DNA of 64,000 nt from Desulfobacterales bacterium. Lineage in GTDB: Bacteria > Desulfobacterota > Desulfobacteria > Desulfobacterales > UBA5852. The position numbers and the translations under genes were made by a program. Positions 41,515 through 50,501 of the stretch are shown here, one piece after another. The stretch spans positions 32,001 through 96,000 of the forward strand of contig CAXXVS010000001.1 of the NCBI GenBank assembly GCA_963674755.2, given 5' to 3'. The notes beneath the pieces are model-generated. The model ran no database searches, was not told the origin of the DNA, and saw only the letters and a list, made by a program, of their open reading frames with translations. Position 1 is the first letter of the stretch; each line of letters starts with the position of its first letter.

Positions 41515-43665
41515 ATGACCGAGAAGACCTGTCCGGTTGCGCAGCTTCGTCAGGAACTGGAGAACGTGCTGGCCTCCGGCCGGCTGCATGATGCCAAGAA
41601 CCACCGGCGCGGTGAAGAAATCCGGGCCTTGCTCAACGATGTGGCCTGGGGCCGGGCCGGCCAGGATCATTTGCCGGCGATCCGGCAGTTGGCCGGGGAA
41701 ATGGGCCGGGAGAAGACCGACGATGCGGGCGCTGAGACCGGCCAACGCATCCTGCGCGCGCTTGCCGAAGCCGGTGAAGTTTTTCAAAGCCATATTGAAA
41801 CCCATAACTGCGCCAGCGGGGACTGTGTCCGCCTGGCGCCGGCGCCCTGCCAGATGACCTGCCCGGCCGGCATCGACGTGCCGACCTATGTGTCGCTGAT
41901 CGGCGAGGGGCGCGATGCCGAAGCCATCGAGGTCATCCGCAAGGACAACCCCTTCCCCTGGGTGTGCGGGCTGGTCTGCACCCGCCCTTGTGAATTCATG
42001 TGTGTCCGGGGGCGCATCGACAAGCCCGTTTCCATCAAATTTATCAAGGCATTTGCTGCGGAGCGGGCCCTCTCCTGGGGGCAGTACAAGAACCCGTCCA
42101 AGGCACCCGGCAAAGATCAGGCCGTTTGCATCGTGGGGGCAGGTCCGGGCGGCATGAGTGCCGCTTATTATCTGGCCCTCAAAGGCTATAAAGTGCGGGT
42201 GATCGAAGCCCAGCCCAGCGCCGGCGGCATGATTCTGCTGGGCATCCCCCGCTACCGGCTGCCGCGGGAGGTCATCGACCGGGAAGTCGCCATGCTTCAG
42301 GAGCTGGGGGTGGAATTCATGTTCAACACCCGGCTCGGTGAGGATGTCACCATCGATGCGTTGCGCCAGGAGGGTTTTACGGCCTTCCTGCTGGCCATCG
42401 GGGCCCACAAAGCCTACCGGCTCGGCATTCCCGGGGAGGACGACTATCCTCGGGTGCTGGATGCGATCACCTTTCTAAGGGCGGTGGCATTGGGGCAACG
42501 CGAGGTGCCCGGCAAGCGGGTGGTCGTCATCGGCGGCGGCAACGTGGCCATCGACGCGGCCCGCACCAGTTTGCGTCTGGGGGCGGAATCGGTCATCCTG
42601 GCCTATCGGCGGACACGGCATGAAATGCCGGCCGATGAAGAAGAAGTGGAGCAGGCCGAGGAGGAAGGCGTGGAGATGCGCTTTCTCACCATCCCCGAGG
42701 CGGTGGTGGGCCGCGACAACCATCTCGAGGGGCTGCGCTGTCTGCGGGCGGAGCTGGTGGCCCAGGAGGGCAGCAAGCGCATGCGCCCGGTGCCGGTCAA
42801 GGACAGCGATTTCGTCATGGAAGTGGATGCCGTTATATCCGCCATCGGGCAGCGGGTGGACAACGACTGCCTGGCCCCCCTGGAGGGGCTGGACTGGACC
42901 CGCCGCAGTACGATCAGCGCCAATATGGTCAGTATGGAAACCTCCCTGCCGGGTGTCTTTGCGGTGGGTGATGCGGTTACGGGGCCGGCCACCGTGATCG
43001 AGGCCATCGGCGCCGGCAAGCGGGCGGCAGAGGGCATCGACCGCTACCTGCACGGCATTCCCCAACCCAAGATGCCGCCGGTCCCGGTGCGGCGCGGGCG
43101 GATTCCCTACCGAAAGCTTTCGGCCACCCAGAAAATGACGGCCAAGCGGCCGGAAATGCCCCTGCTCAATATCGATCGGCGCCGGACCACCTTCCAACAG
43201 GTGGAGCTGGGCTATGCCGAACCGGATGTGCGCGAGGAAGCCGGACGTTGCCTGCGCTGCGATATCTGCCTGCGCTGCGGCAAATGTGTCGAGATCTGCC
43301 GTGACAGGATGGGCGTCAATGCGCTACAAATGGGGTACTTTGAATTCGACCATCCGGTGGAAACCGATTTCCGGGAAACCGCCGAGCGTTGCATTCTCTG
43401 CGGCGCCTGCGCGGCCAACTGCCCCACGGGTGCCATGCAGATCGAGGATCGTGACGGCGAGCGGGTCTTGTCCCTGTGCGGTACGGTGCTCAATCATGAG
43501 GCCCTGACCGAATGTGCCGTTTGTGGCACCCGGATGGAACCCTACCGCTATCTGGAGTATGTACGCAAACGCACCAAGGGGGTCGGCCTCCTGGTGAACA
43601 ATCGCCTGTTATGCGATGCCTGCGGCCGCAAAGAGGCCGCCCGGGCCATGCAGCCCGAGCAATAG
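41515..43665 (+). CDS. FAD/NAD(P)-binding oxidoreductase (GltD/NfnB-like) with C-terminal ferredoxin domain
   Basis: PCQMTCP, CGLVCTRPCE, GAGPGG, GGGNVAID, YRR; C-terminal CLRCDICLRCGKC and CILCGACAANCP; start 41500 or 41515. Confidence 0.88.
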   Translation: MTEKTCPVAQLRQELENVLASGRLHDAKNHRRGEEIRALLNDVAWGRAGQDHLPAIRQLAGEMGREKTDDAGAETGQRILRALAEAGEVFQSHIETHNCASGDCVRLAPAPCQMTCPAGIDVPTYVSLIGEGRDAEAIEVIRKDNPFPWVCGLVCTRPCEFMCVRGRIDKPVSIKFIKAFAAERALSWGQYKNPSKAPGKDQAVCIVGAGPGGMSAAYYLALKGYKVRVIEAQPSAGGMILLGIPRYRLPREVIDREVAMLQELGVEFMFNTRLGEDVTIDALRQEGFTAFLLAIGAHKAYRLGIPGEDDYPRVLDAITFLRAVALGQREVPGKRVVVIGGGNVAIDAARTSLRLGAESVILAYRRTRHEMPADEEEVEQAEEEGVEMRFLTIPEAVVGRDNHLEGLRCLRAELVAQEGSKRMRPVPVKDSDFVMEVDAVISAIGQRVDNDCLAPLEGLDWTRRSTISANMVSMETSLPGVFAVGDAVTGPATVIEAIGAGKRAAEGIDRYLHGIPQPKMPPVPVRRGRIPYRKLSATQKMTAKRPEMPLLNIDRRRTTFQQVELGYAEPDVREEAGRCLRCDICLRCGKCVEICRDRMGVNALQMGYFEFDHPVETDFRETAERCILCGACAANCPTGAMQIEDRDGERVLSLCGTVLNHEALTECAVCGTRMEPYRYLEYVRKRTKGVGLLVNNRLLCDACGRKEAARAMQPEQ

Positions 43666-43696
43666 GCATCGGTCGGACGTGAAAGGAGGCGGGGGC

Positions 43697-43906
43697 ATGG
43701 TTTTCCGCAGAGGGCAGAAGGTTGAACTTTATCGCAAGTCCGACGATGAGAGTTGGGCGCCTTTCATGGATGAGTTCATCGGGCTCCATGGGATCGTTAC
43801 CGACCCGGACACGGCCATCAACGATCCGGATGCACTGGTGGAGATCAGTCTGGAGGGCAAGGGGACGCACCGTCTGCCTCAGGACTGCCTGCGCGCCCTC
43901 GACTGA
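43697..43906 (+). CDS. Small hypothetical protein (69 aa)
   Basis: Strong SD AAAGGAGG; MVFRRGQKVELYRKSDDESWAPFMDEFIG...HRLPQDCL. Confidence 0.7.
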   Translation: MVFRRGQKVELYRKSDDESWAPFMDEFIGLHGIVTDPDTAINDPDALVEISLEGKGTHRLPQDCLRALD

Positions 43907-44026
43907 CCAACCGGCCGCACGGGATAATCCGGCGAATGTTTTATACTGTAGGCGCTATCCCCGATACAAAGGGAATCGAGAACGGCGCGAGGCGCCGCGC
44001 CGCATTCATTTGAAATGGTTTAAGGA

Positions 44027-44788
44027 GTGAAATCCGTGATCACCGTCACCATCGACGATAAACGCCTGGAGGCCGAAGAAGGCCAGACTGTGATGGAAGT
44101 CGTCCGGGCCAACCAGATTCCGTTGCCGGCCCTGTGCTATCATCCGGCCCTCAAACCGTCGGGCGCCTGCCACCTGTGCGCGGTCGAGCTTGAAGGCAAA
44201 AGCGGCCGTCCCACCACCATGCTGGCCTGTGTGCTGCGGGTCAAAGACGGGCTGGCGGTACGGACCACGGGGGCGTTGGTGGAGCGCGCCCGCCGTCAGG
44301 CCTTTGAGCGGCTATTGGTGATGGCGCCCCAGTCCGAATCCGTGCGCAAGCTGGCCGCGGACTGGCATGTGGATCTCGGTCCCCGGCCGGACGGCTGCAT
44401 CCGTTGCCGTCTTTGTATCCGCGTTTGCGCCGAAATCGTCGGCCCAGGTGCTCTGGTCATGCACAAGCGCGACGACGTCCCGTTCGTGGAGCCCATTGAG
44501 GGCCGCTGCATCGGCTGCGGCACCTGCGTCAATATCTGCCCCACCGATGCCATCCGCATGGAAGACAAGGACAATGTGCGCACCATCTCGATCCGCGATG
44601 AGGTGATCGGCCGTCATCCCCTGGAGCGTTGCGAGGGATGCGGCGCCCTGTTCGCCACCCCGCGTTTTCTCGATCACATCCACGACCGGGTGACCCCCCA
44701 TCCCGACCTCAAGGAGCACCATCGCTACTGCCCCACCTGCAGCAAGCTGTTTTCCGATCGCGTGCGCGCCGTCGGCCGGCGGAAATGA
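44027..44788 (+). CDS. 2Fe-2S/4Fe-4S protein (NuoG/HoxU N-terminus-like)
   Basis: LCYHP...GACHLC...LAC; CIRCRLCIRVC; CIGCGTCVNICP; CEGC...CPTC. Confidence 0.88.
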   Translation: MKSVITVTIDDKRLEAEEGQTVMEVVRANQIPLPALCYHPALKPSGACHLCAVELEGKSGRPTTMLACVLRVKDGLAVRTTGALVERARRQAFERLLVMAPQSESVRKLAADWHVDLGPRPDGCIRCRLCIRVCAEIVGPGALVMHKRDDVPFVEPIEGRCIGCGTCVNICPTDAIRMEDKDNVRTISIRDEVIGRHPLERCEGCGALFATPRFLDHIHDRVTPHPDLKEHHRYCPTCSKLFSDRVRAVGRRK

Positions 44789-44871
44789 GCCGTCGGCGCG
44801 GCTGGTTATCCATTCATTGATAATCAGGATGTCCGGAGTGTCGATCGCGGTGAGGATTGCGCCGCCGGGTT

Positions 44872-45651
44872 TCAGGCCGGGAAGGGTTCAAACGGCGCGC
44901 GATGGCGGCGGCCGGTGCGCGCCTCCCATTCCGCCAGCTTGCGTCGATAGGTCGGACTCATTTCAAAAACTGGCGCCCGGTCGCCCTGCCGGGTTTTCTG
45001 GGCCCAGGCCCACCAATTGTCCTTGATGCGAAAATTGGCATAGTCGGGGTGCTGCATCACCAGGAACTGGAAGATCAGTTCGATGTGGGGTTCTTCAAGT
45101 TCATCCGGCCCCATGGTGCGCAGCGAGATGCCGTCGGATTTTGATTTGCCTTCCGCCTTTTTGCTGCCGTAGGTCCACTGCAGATCGTCGAACAACAGCC
45201 ATCCCCCGGGCTGAAGCAGCTTGTCCATCAAAAAGAAGGCCGCGCTGTCGATGGTCCAGTTTTTGGCGCCGTCCAGAAAGCAGAAATCATAGAGGGGCTG
45301 GCAGGCCTGGTTATGGGTTTGCTCCGCGATCTTGCGTTTTAAAAACCAGGTATAGCTGGTGGGTTCCCGCACGATGCTGACCTGGGGCGCCAGCCCGGTG
45401 CGCGCCAGCAGATCTTCAATGGCCGGCTGCTGCCATTCGCGTTCCGGCTCAAGATCCACGGTGGTCAGGTGGCCGTGGCCGACTTCTTCCAACGCCGCGG
45501 CGATATAGCAGCTGGAGGCGCCGTGCCCGAAACCGAGTTCGAGGCATTGGCGGGGCTGCGTTTCCAGAATGAAGTCGTAGATGTCCCGGGCCAGTTCCGG
45601 CATGATGAAGGGAACGCCTTCAATCAGCTTTTGAACGATCTCAAATTGCAT
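44872..45651 (-). CDS. Class I SAM-dependent methyltransferase (Methyltransf_24-like)
   Basis: LELGFGHGASS, FCFLDGAK, LQPGGWLLFDD. Confidence 0.85.
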   Translation of the reverse strand: MQFEIVQKLIEGVPFIMPELARDIYDFILETQPRQCLELGFGHGASSCYIAAALEEVGHGHLTTVDLEPEREWQQPAIEDLLARTGLAPQVSIVREPTSYTWFLKRKIAEQTHNQACQPLYDFCFLDGAKNWTIDSAAFFLMDKLLQPGGWLLFDDLQWTYGSKKAEGKSKSDGISLRTMGPDELEEPHIELIFQFLVMQHPDYANFRIKDNWWAWAQKTRQGDRAPVFEMSPTYRRKLAEWEARTGRRHRAPFEPFPA

Positions 45652-45688
45652 GGCGGCGCCCTATGGCAGACATTTTAACATTTGACGT

Positions 45689-46150
45689 TTAATCGACCTT
45701 GCGTTCCGCAGGGGCATTTTCACCCCCCTCGTTCGCGTCCGGATTCTCCTGGTCGGGTGGAGGCGGATTTTCACTTTTTTCGGCAGGGCCGGGAGTTCCG
45801 GCTGCGGTGGTGTCATTGCCCCATCCCTTTCGCTGCCAGTAATCGTCACGGTAAGTGGAATTGTTTGCATTTCCCCCGATCGGGCCGGCATCTTCATCTT
45901 CGGTGGGCTCGGTGTCACCCTGTTCGACAGCACCGGTATTTTCATGTTTATCCGGGCCGGTCTTTGATCGCGGCTCATCGGGCTGCCTTTCCGAAAGGCC
46001 TTCGACGCGTTCGGCGCCGGGCGGCGGTGGCCCATCCGTGAAATGCTGGACGCCATCCTTGTCAATCCATTGGTAAATTTCACCGGCTCCAAGACCTGCT
46101 GCCAGACCCAAAAGCAATATGAGTACACCAAAAAGGATGCGAAATTTCAT
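45689..46150 (-). CDS. DUF4124-like exported protein
   Basis: Signal peptide then EIYQWIDKDGVQHFTDGPPP. Confidence 0.8.
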   Translation of the reverse strand: MKFRILFGVLILLLGLAAGLGAGEIYQWIDKDGVQHFTDGPPPPGAERVEGLSERQPDEPRSKTGPDKHENTGAVEQGDTEPTEDEDAGPIGGNANNSTYRDDYWQRKGWGNDTTAAGTPGPAEKSENPPPPDQENPDANEGGENAPAERKVD

Positions 46151-46578
46151 AACAAAGCCTTTCACAGCCCTCTGAAGAGATTCGTTGGCGTCAATGGCAC
46201 TGGAAGCGGATCTGAATTACAAGCTGAAAATAGCGAGCTGGCAGGGTCGTCGCCCTAACAAGCTGACTTAATTTATTGCATGTTCTCAGCATTGGTTTGG
46301 AATCACTATCGCATAAGGTGGGTTATCCTTCAACATCGATATGCCGGCGAGGGACTGCGATGAACGTTGGTGCGTACCGCAGGGAGGGAAAAGGGACATT
46401 GACTAAGAGTGAAGGGTTAGGTTTGTACTCGTAGTCACCAACGTTATATATTGAAATAGTTAGAGAATATACCTCCAAGAGTAGTAAAAACAAAAGTAAT
46501 TATCGCCTTGAAAAGAAAATAGCCTCCAGGTAGCACAAAGGTGGACAAACCTTCAACACGAGCTACGAGGAGGCTATT

Positions 46579-47862
46579 ATGGGTAACAGAGAAATTAGCA
46601 GGTACGAGGAATACTGTCAATTTCGCACCTCCGTGCGAGGCAGCCGGGATTATATGCTCGTCGGCATCGATGTGGCTAAGGAACGCCATCATGCCTTCTT
46701 CGGCACCGCCACCGGCAAGACGCTCCTAAAGCGCCTGATCTTTGACAACGACCGCACCGGTTTCGAGCAGCTCATCGAAAGAGCTGAACAACTGATGGTG
46801 GCCCATTCCTGCCGAAGGGTCGCTTTCGGACTGGAGCCCACCGGCAATTACCACAAGCCTTTGGCCAACTGGCTTTTGGAACAGGATCAACTTCTGGTAC
46901 TGGTCTCCAACAAAGCCATTGCCGACAACCGCGAGAGTCTTGACGGGCGCTGGGATAAGAACGACACCAAAGACAGCGCCAATGTGGCCGACCTGATGGC
47001 GCAGGGCAAATGCCAGTTCTTTGAAAAGCCTTCGGCGGAGCTTACTGCGTTGCGCAGCTTGCTTTCACTTCGCAAGCGGCTCAAACGCGATGAACACAGC
47101 GTACGCATGCAGATCCGCAATGGGCTTCTGGTTCGCCACTTCCCCGAGATGGATCGCCTGTGGGGCAGCTGTCTTAAAGAGAATCTGGCCATTGTGCGCA
47201 GCTGCCTTGACCCGCGTACCATCAGCGCCATGCCCTTTAACGAGTTCCTTCGGCGGGTGACCGATCGTGATAGAGGCTTGCGCCAGGTCAAACGTTTGCA
47301 GCGCATCCACGAGGTCGCTGGCACCTCCATCGGCTGCCCCGTGGATGAAGCCGTCCAGTTTGAGGCTCTCCAACTGGTGGATCGCTTAGATGATCTGCGT
47401 GACCGTATCAGCCACACCGAAAACCAGATTGCGGATATCTGTCAGGGCTTTTCATCTTACCGGCGATTGTTGACGATCCCCGGCTTTGGTCCCTACGTGG
47501 CCTCTCAAGTGATCGCCCGCATCGGGGACCCACATCGCTTCGCCGGTCGCAAACAGCTCATCCGCCTGGCGGGATACGACCTGAACGCCAAACGAAGTGG
47601 CAAGACCAGTGATAAGGCCGTGCCGGTGATCTCCAAGCGCGGCAATGGCGACCTCCGCTACGCCCTTTATCAGGCGGCCCAGATCGCCTCTTATCATGAC
47701 AATGGATTCCGCGCTTTATACACCCGCTATCTGCAGGGGCGGGAGCGTGAGCGTGGCATCAAGACCAAGATGCGGGTGAAACTGGCCGTCAAGATGCTGG
47801 TCATCGCCTGGTGCATGATGCGTGACGATACGGATTACAATCCTTCGCTGCTAAAGGTGTAA
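46579..47862 (+). CDS. IS110-family transposase/recombinase
   Basis: VGIDVAK, LEPTGNY, KNDTKDS (DEDD RuvC-like), LLTIPGFG, SGK, ISKRGN. Confidence 0.95.
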   Translation: MGNREISRYEEYCQFRTSVRGSRDYMLVGIDVAKERHHAFFGTATGKTLLKRLIFDNDRTGFEQLIERAEQLMVAHSCRRVAFGLEPTGNYHKPLANWLLEQDQLLVLVSNKAIADNRESLDGRWDKNDTKDSANVADLMAQGKCQFFEKPSAELTALRSLLSLRKRLKRDEHSVRMQIRNGLLVRHFPEMDRLWGSCLKENLAIVRSCLDPRTISAMPFNEFLRRVTDRDRGLRQVKRLQRIHEVAGTSIGCPVDEAVQFEALQLVDRLDDLRDRISHTENQIADICQGFSSYRRLLTIPGFGPYVASQVIARIGDPHRFAGRKQLIRLAGYDLNAKRSGKTSDKAVPVISKRGNGDLRYALYQAAQIASYHDNGFRALYTRYLQGRERERGIKTKMRVKLAVKMLVIAWCMMRDDTDYNPSLLKV

Positions 47863-48130
47863 GCGGTCCTCTGGACCGCCGTGTTCTTCACAATCGAAGT
47901 CGTTTGTTCGGCGAGAGAGCCCTTTTATGGACGTTGAGGTCATAACCTCGGTGGGGACAATACCCGGGCCTCTCTCTGAACTCCAAGCCTGGATAAGGAA
48001 TGATGGGTGCCGCCGTCTCCGGCAGGACACCGGATAACCGTAACGATCAGGCCATGAGTTCGCCGGCCGGAGAGATACTCGCCGATCTACAAAACCGACA
48101 GGAGAAGTGTTTCTTGTCTCTGACAACAAT
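47863..48130 (+). ncRNA. Putative bridge RNA in the 3' non-coding end of the IS110
   Basis: Stem GAGAGAGCCC/GGGCCTCTCTC encloses an internal loop with GGACGTTG and TGGGGACAAT, matching the left and right target flanks; RNA limits approximate. Confidence 0.6.
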
Positions 48131-48197
48131 TGTAACTATTTGATTATTCTATTTTAATTATTTTGTTGACATGGAGAATATAGAATGTCCCCAACTT

Positions 48198-48642
48198 TCC
48201 CCGGGCCGCTATGTTTCGCTGACCGACCCCAAAGAACTGGCCGAACACGTGCTTGAAGACACGTAGCGCCGGGGTTCGCAAAAAAGGTGCAACACGAGGA
48301 TAGCATTGTCTCCGGAAGGAACTTTGGCTGCGGCTCCACCGCGAATATGCGCCGAAAGGCATCCGGGGTGTGGGGGTCGCCGCTGTGGTGGCAGACTCGT
48401 TTGCCCGCATCTTTTTCCGTAACGCCTTGAACCTGGGGCTACTTGCGATCCCCATTCCGGGGATCAGCACGGCGGTAAACGAGGGCGACACGCTGGAGAT
48501 CGATCTGGGGAAAGGCATTGTTAAGAACACCGTTTCCGGGAAGGCGTTTTCCTTTATGCCTTACGACGCGTTCCTAATGGACATGATCCGGGAAGGCGGC
48601 ATTATCAACTTCGCCTACAAAAAATGCCTGGAAGGGAGGTAG
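48198..48642 (+). pseudogene. 3-isopropylmalate dehydratase small subunit-like pseudogene (leuD/hacB family)
   Basis: PGRYVSLTDPKELAEHVLED, GRNFGCGS and SFARIFFRNALNLGL lie in different frames; 5' end missing. Confidence 0.8.
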
Positions 48643-48693
48643 AACAAGGGTAAGGAATAGGACTGTCGAGGATGACGTCTAAACTTGATTAAA

Positions 48694-48734
48694 AAATTAA
48701 GCCGTTCCCAGTATGGCTGGAAACGGCTTAATTT
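48694..48734. terminator. Bidirectional terminator
   Basis: AAATTAAGCCGTT...AACGGCTTAATTT inverted repeat with A/T tracts on both sides, between convergent genes. Confidence 0.75.
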
Positions 48735-48756
48735 ATTTTAAAATTTTAGGCTGTTA

Positions 48757-49443
48757 CTACCGCTTAAATTTTTTCCTTCCTAAGCCGGCAAGTCCGATCA
48801 AGCCTGTCCCCAGTAAAATGATCGTACCCGGTTCAGGAACGGGAGCGACCTGGGCCCTTGCAATGAGATCTTGATAATCCCTATCGCTGCCCTGCAGCAA
48901 GAGATCTTCAAAGCCAACGATATATTCGTTGTCGAATTCGAGAACCTTGTAAATGACCGCTTGGTCCGGTGTCATTCCGGAATACATTCGGTTTGTCGAA
49001 TCGCCGTTAGGGTCGAGATAAAAGCCGAATGTTACTGGCCCTACAAAGTCTTTATCATAGGAGGCGCCAGAAGCGTCCGAACCGGTAAATATAGGCGTGG
49101 CATTATCTGAATTCGCCACATCGTACCATCCCAAAACGTTTCCCGCGGCATACCCAGCATATTCTGCAAGCAGATCTGCCTGAACCCCGGATCCGGTAAA
49201 CGTCTGCTGGCTTACGCGTTGAAGTGTTATGGCCGCAACACCGCTGTAAATACTTCCGAGCAATGAATCTGCGTTGTTCAAGAGAACATCCTCTATGTTT
49301 CCTATCGCGGCCCCATCAGAAGAAGTTCCAAAGTCAAGTTTGTATTCAGCGGTATCAAATGACAATGATAATGCCGCCGCAGTCGTGCCGGACAATAAAA
49401 AAGCGATCATGATGCAGGTAAGCAATAGAAGGTGTTTTTTCAT
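48757..49443 (-). CDS. PEP-CTERM sorting-domain protein (DUF4114-like)
   Basis: Signal peptide MKKHLLLL; GFEDL...DRDYQD; VPEPGTIILLGTGLIGLAGLGRKKFKR. Confidence 0.92.
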   Translation of the reverse strand: MKKHLLLLTCIMIAFLLSGTTAAALSLSFDTAEYKLDFGTSSDGAAIGNIEDVLLNNADSLLGSIYSGVAAITLQRVSQQTFTGSGVQADLLAEYAGYAAGNVLGWYDVANSDNATPIFTGSDASGASYDKDFVGPVTFGFYLDPNGDSTNRMYSGMTPDQAVIYKVLEFDNEYIVGFEDLLLQGSDRDYQDLIARAQVAPVPEPGTIILLGTGLIGLAGLGRKKFKR

Positions 49444-49491
49444 TTGATTAGTCCTCGGTAAGAATTGAGTCTTGCTTGACGCTATTCCTAG

Positions 49492-49507
49492 AGCAAAAAA
49501 CGAGCCA
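49492..49507 (-). promoter_or_regulatory. Sigma54 promoter of PEP-CTERM gene
   Basis: Minus strand TGGCTCGTTTTTTGCT. Confidence 0.7.
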
Positions 49508-49952
49508 GAAAAAAAATAACATAATAACAAGTTGTTATGAAAAATATTCGGCAAATTAGGAAAAAAATTACCATGCAAAACTGATAAATTCTTTATCCCA
49601 TAGGGATATTTTTACATAATGGGGACAGGCCAGTCCTTACAGGTGTTTCAGATTGGATTTAAAGGGTGAAGGTCAAAGGACTGCCGGATGGTTCGCCCTC
49701 TATGAGGGGCGATTGTCAGGCGATCACTTGAGCATCCCTCTTCGGCGGAGTTTGCCTGCTGTTCAGCTATACTGAAATCATCGTCAGGCAGCCCGATGAC
49801 GATGGACTGACGGGCATTTTTAGATGCGGTTATCCGCCGATGCCAAGCAGCGCTATCGGAGAAAAGATCAGGAATTGGAGCGAAACAGGAAGAGCTTATC
49901 AAGCCCCATATCGTAAAATAGAGGTGTATCGATCAAAAACGATATGAATCCA

Positions 49953-50000
49953 AAAAGAAAGCGGGCTTTCGGTAATTTGCCGAAAGCCCGCTTTCTTTTT
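49953..50000 (-). terminator. Original tRNA-Val terminator, now displaced beyond the att copy
   Basis: AAAAAGAAAGCGGGCTTTCGG...CCGAAAGCCCGCTTTCTTTTT adjacent to the duplicated tRNA 3' end. Confidence 0.8.
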
Positions 50001-50001
50001 G

Positions 50002-50048
50002 TGGTAGGCACGATTGGATTTGAACCAACGACTTCTACCGTGTCAGGG
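50002..50048 (-). repeat. att site: 47-bp duplicate of tRNA-Val 3' end
   Basis: Identical to 57934-57980 (TGGTAGGCACGATTGG...CCGTGTCAGGG). Confidence 0.95.
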
Positions 50049-50152
50049 GGGAATGGATATTTTATCTATATGATAACACTATGAATTTTGTACGTTTAGC
50101 ATGATAACACTAATATGTGTTACCATCTAAATGATCATTGGGCTACGTCCGA

Positions 50153-50461
50153 CTATGGTGCATGGCAAACATTTGAATTGCTCGCAATAGCAGCAAGGTC
50201 TTTTTCAGAGGGGACATATAAGACTTCTTGCAGTTCTGCATCATCATCTCGCAGAATAAGAATAAAATTGTTATTTTTGTTTTTTTTCAATAGCTTACGA
50301 AATTTTTTTTCTCTTGCTTTATCACTTTGTCCATAGATGGTGAAATAGTTCACATCTTCAGGACTTTGTGCCGTAAGCCTTCGAAATAACGGGCTTATAA
50401 AATTAGCGCCAGCTAGGGCGATTACCCAGTTATTTCTTTTTAGCTCTGTTAACGTTGGCAT
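50153..50461 (-). CDS. Hypothetical cargo protein (102 aa)
   Basis: AT-rich ORF about 40 bp downstream of the 360-aa cargo gene; SD-like AGGGG. Confidence 0.6.
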   Translation of the reverse strand: MPTLTELKRNNWVIALAGANFISPLFRRLTAQSPEDVNYFTIYGQSDKAREKKFRKLLKKNKNNNFILILRDDDAELQEVLYVPSEKDLAAIASNSNVCHAP

Positions 50462-50501
50462 CCCGCATCCCCCTATTGTTAAAAAGAGTATGGATATCAG
50501 A

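Larger units (their letters stand above)
46400..48187 (+). mobile_element. IS110-family insertion sequence (boundaries inferred; TG core at both ends)
   Basis: Flanks GGGACAT|TG ... TG|TCCCCA rejoin to the palindromic site GGGACATTGTCCCC; sub-terminal inverted AAATAGTTA/TAACTATTT; encodes a DEDD transposase. Confidence 0.75.

Noticed and set aside
46250..46425. GCCCTAACAAG...GTTAGG resembling an integron attC site
   Set aside because: No L-box palindrome; the GTTAGG lies inside the IS end; no cassette array or IntI.
46399..48170. Alternative IS110 boundaries using the shared TTGAC pentamer
   Set aside because: Possible, but the TG-core boundaries rebuild a site that matches both RNA guide segments, so these were not preferred.
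49727..49760. Minus-strand GGCAAAC-TCCGCC-GAAG-AGGGATGC resembling a c-di-GMP-I riboswitch
   Set aside because: P2 stem partner, GACGCAAAG and the P3 arm are missing.
50002..50048. Second tRNA-Val gene
   Set aside because: Only the 3' 47 nt are present; it is an att duplication.
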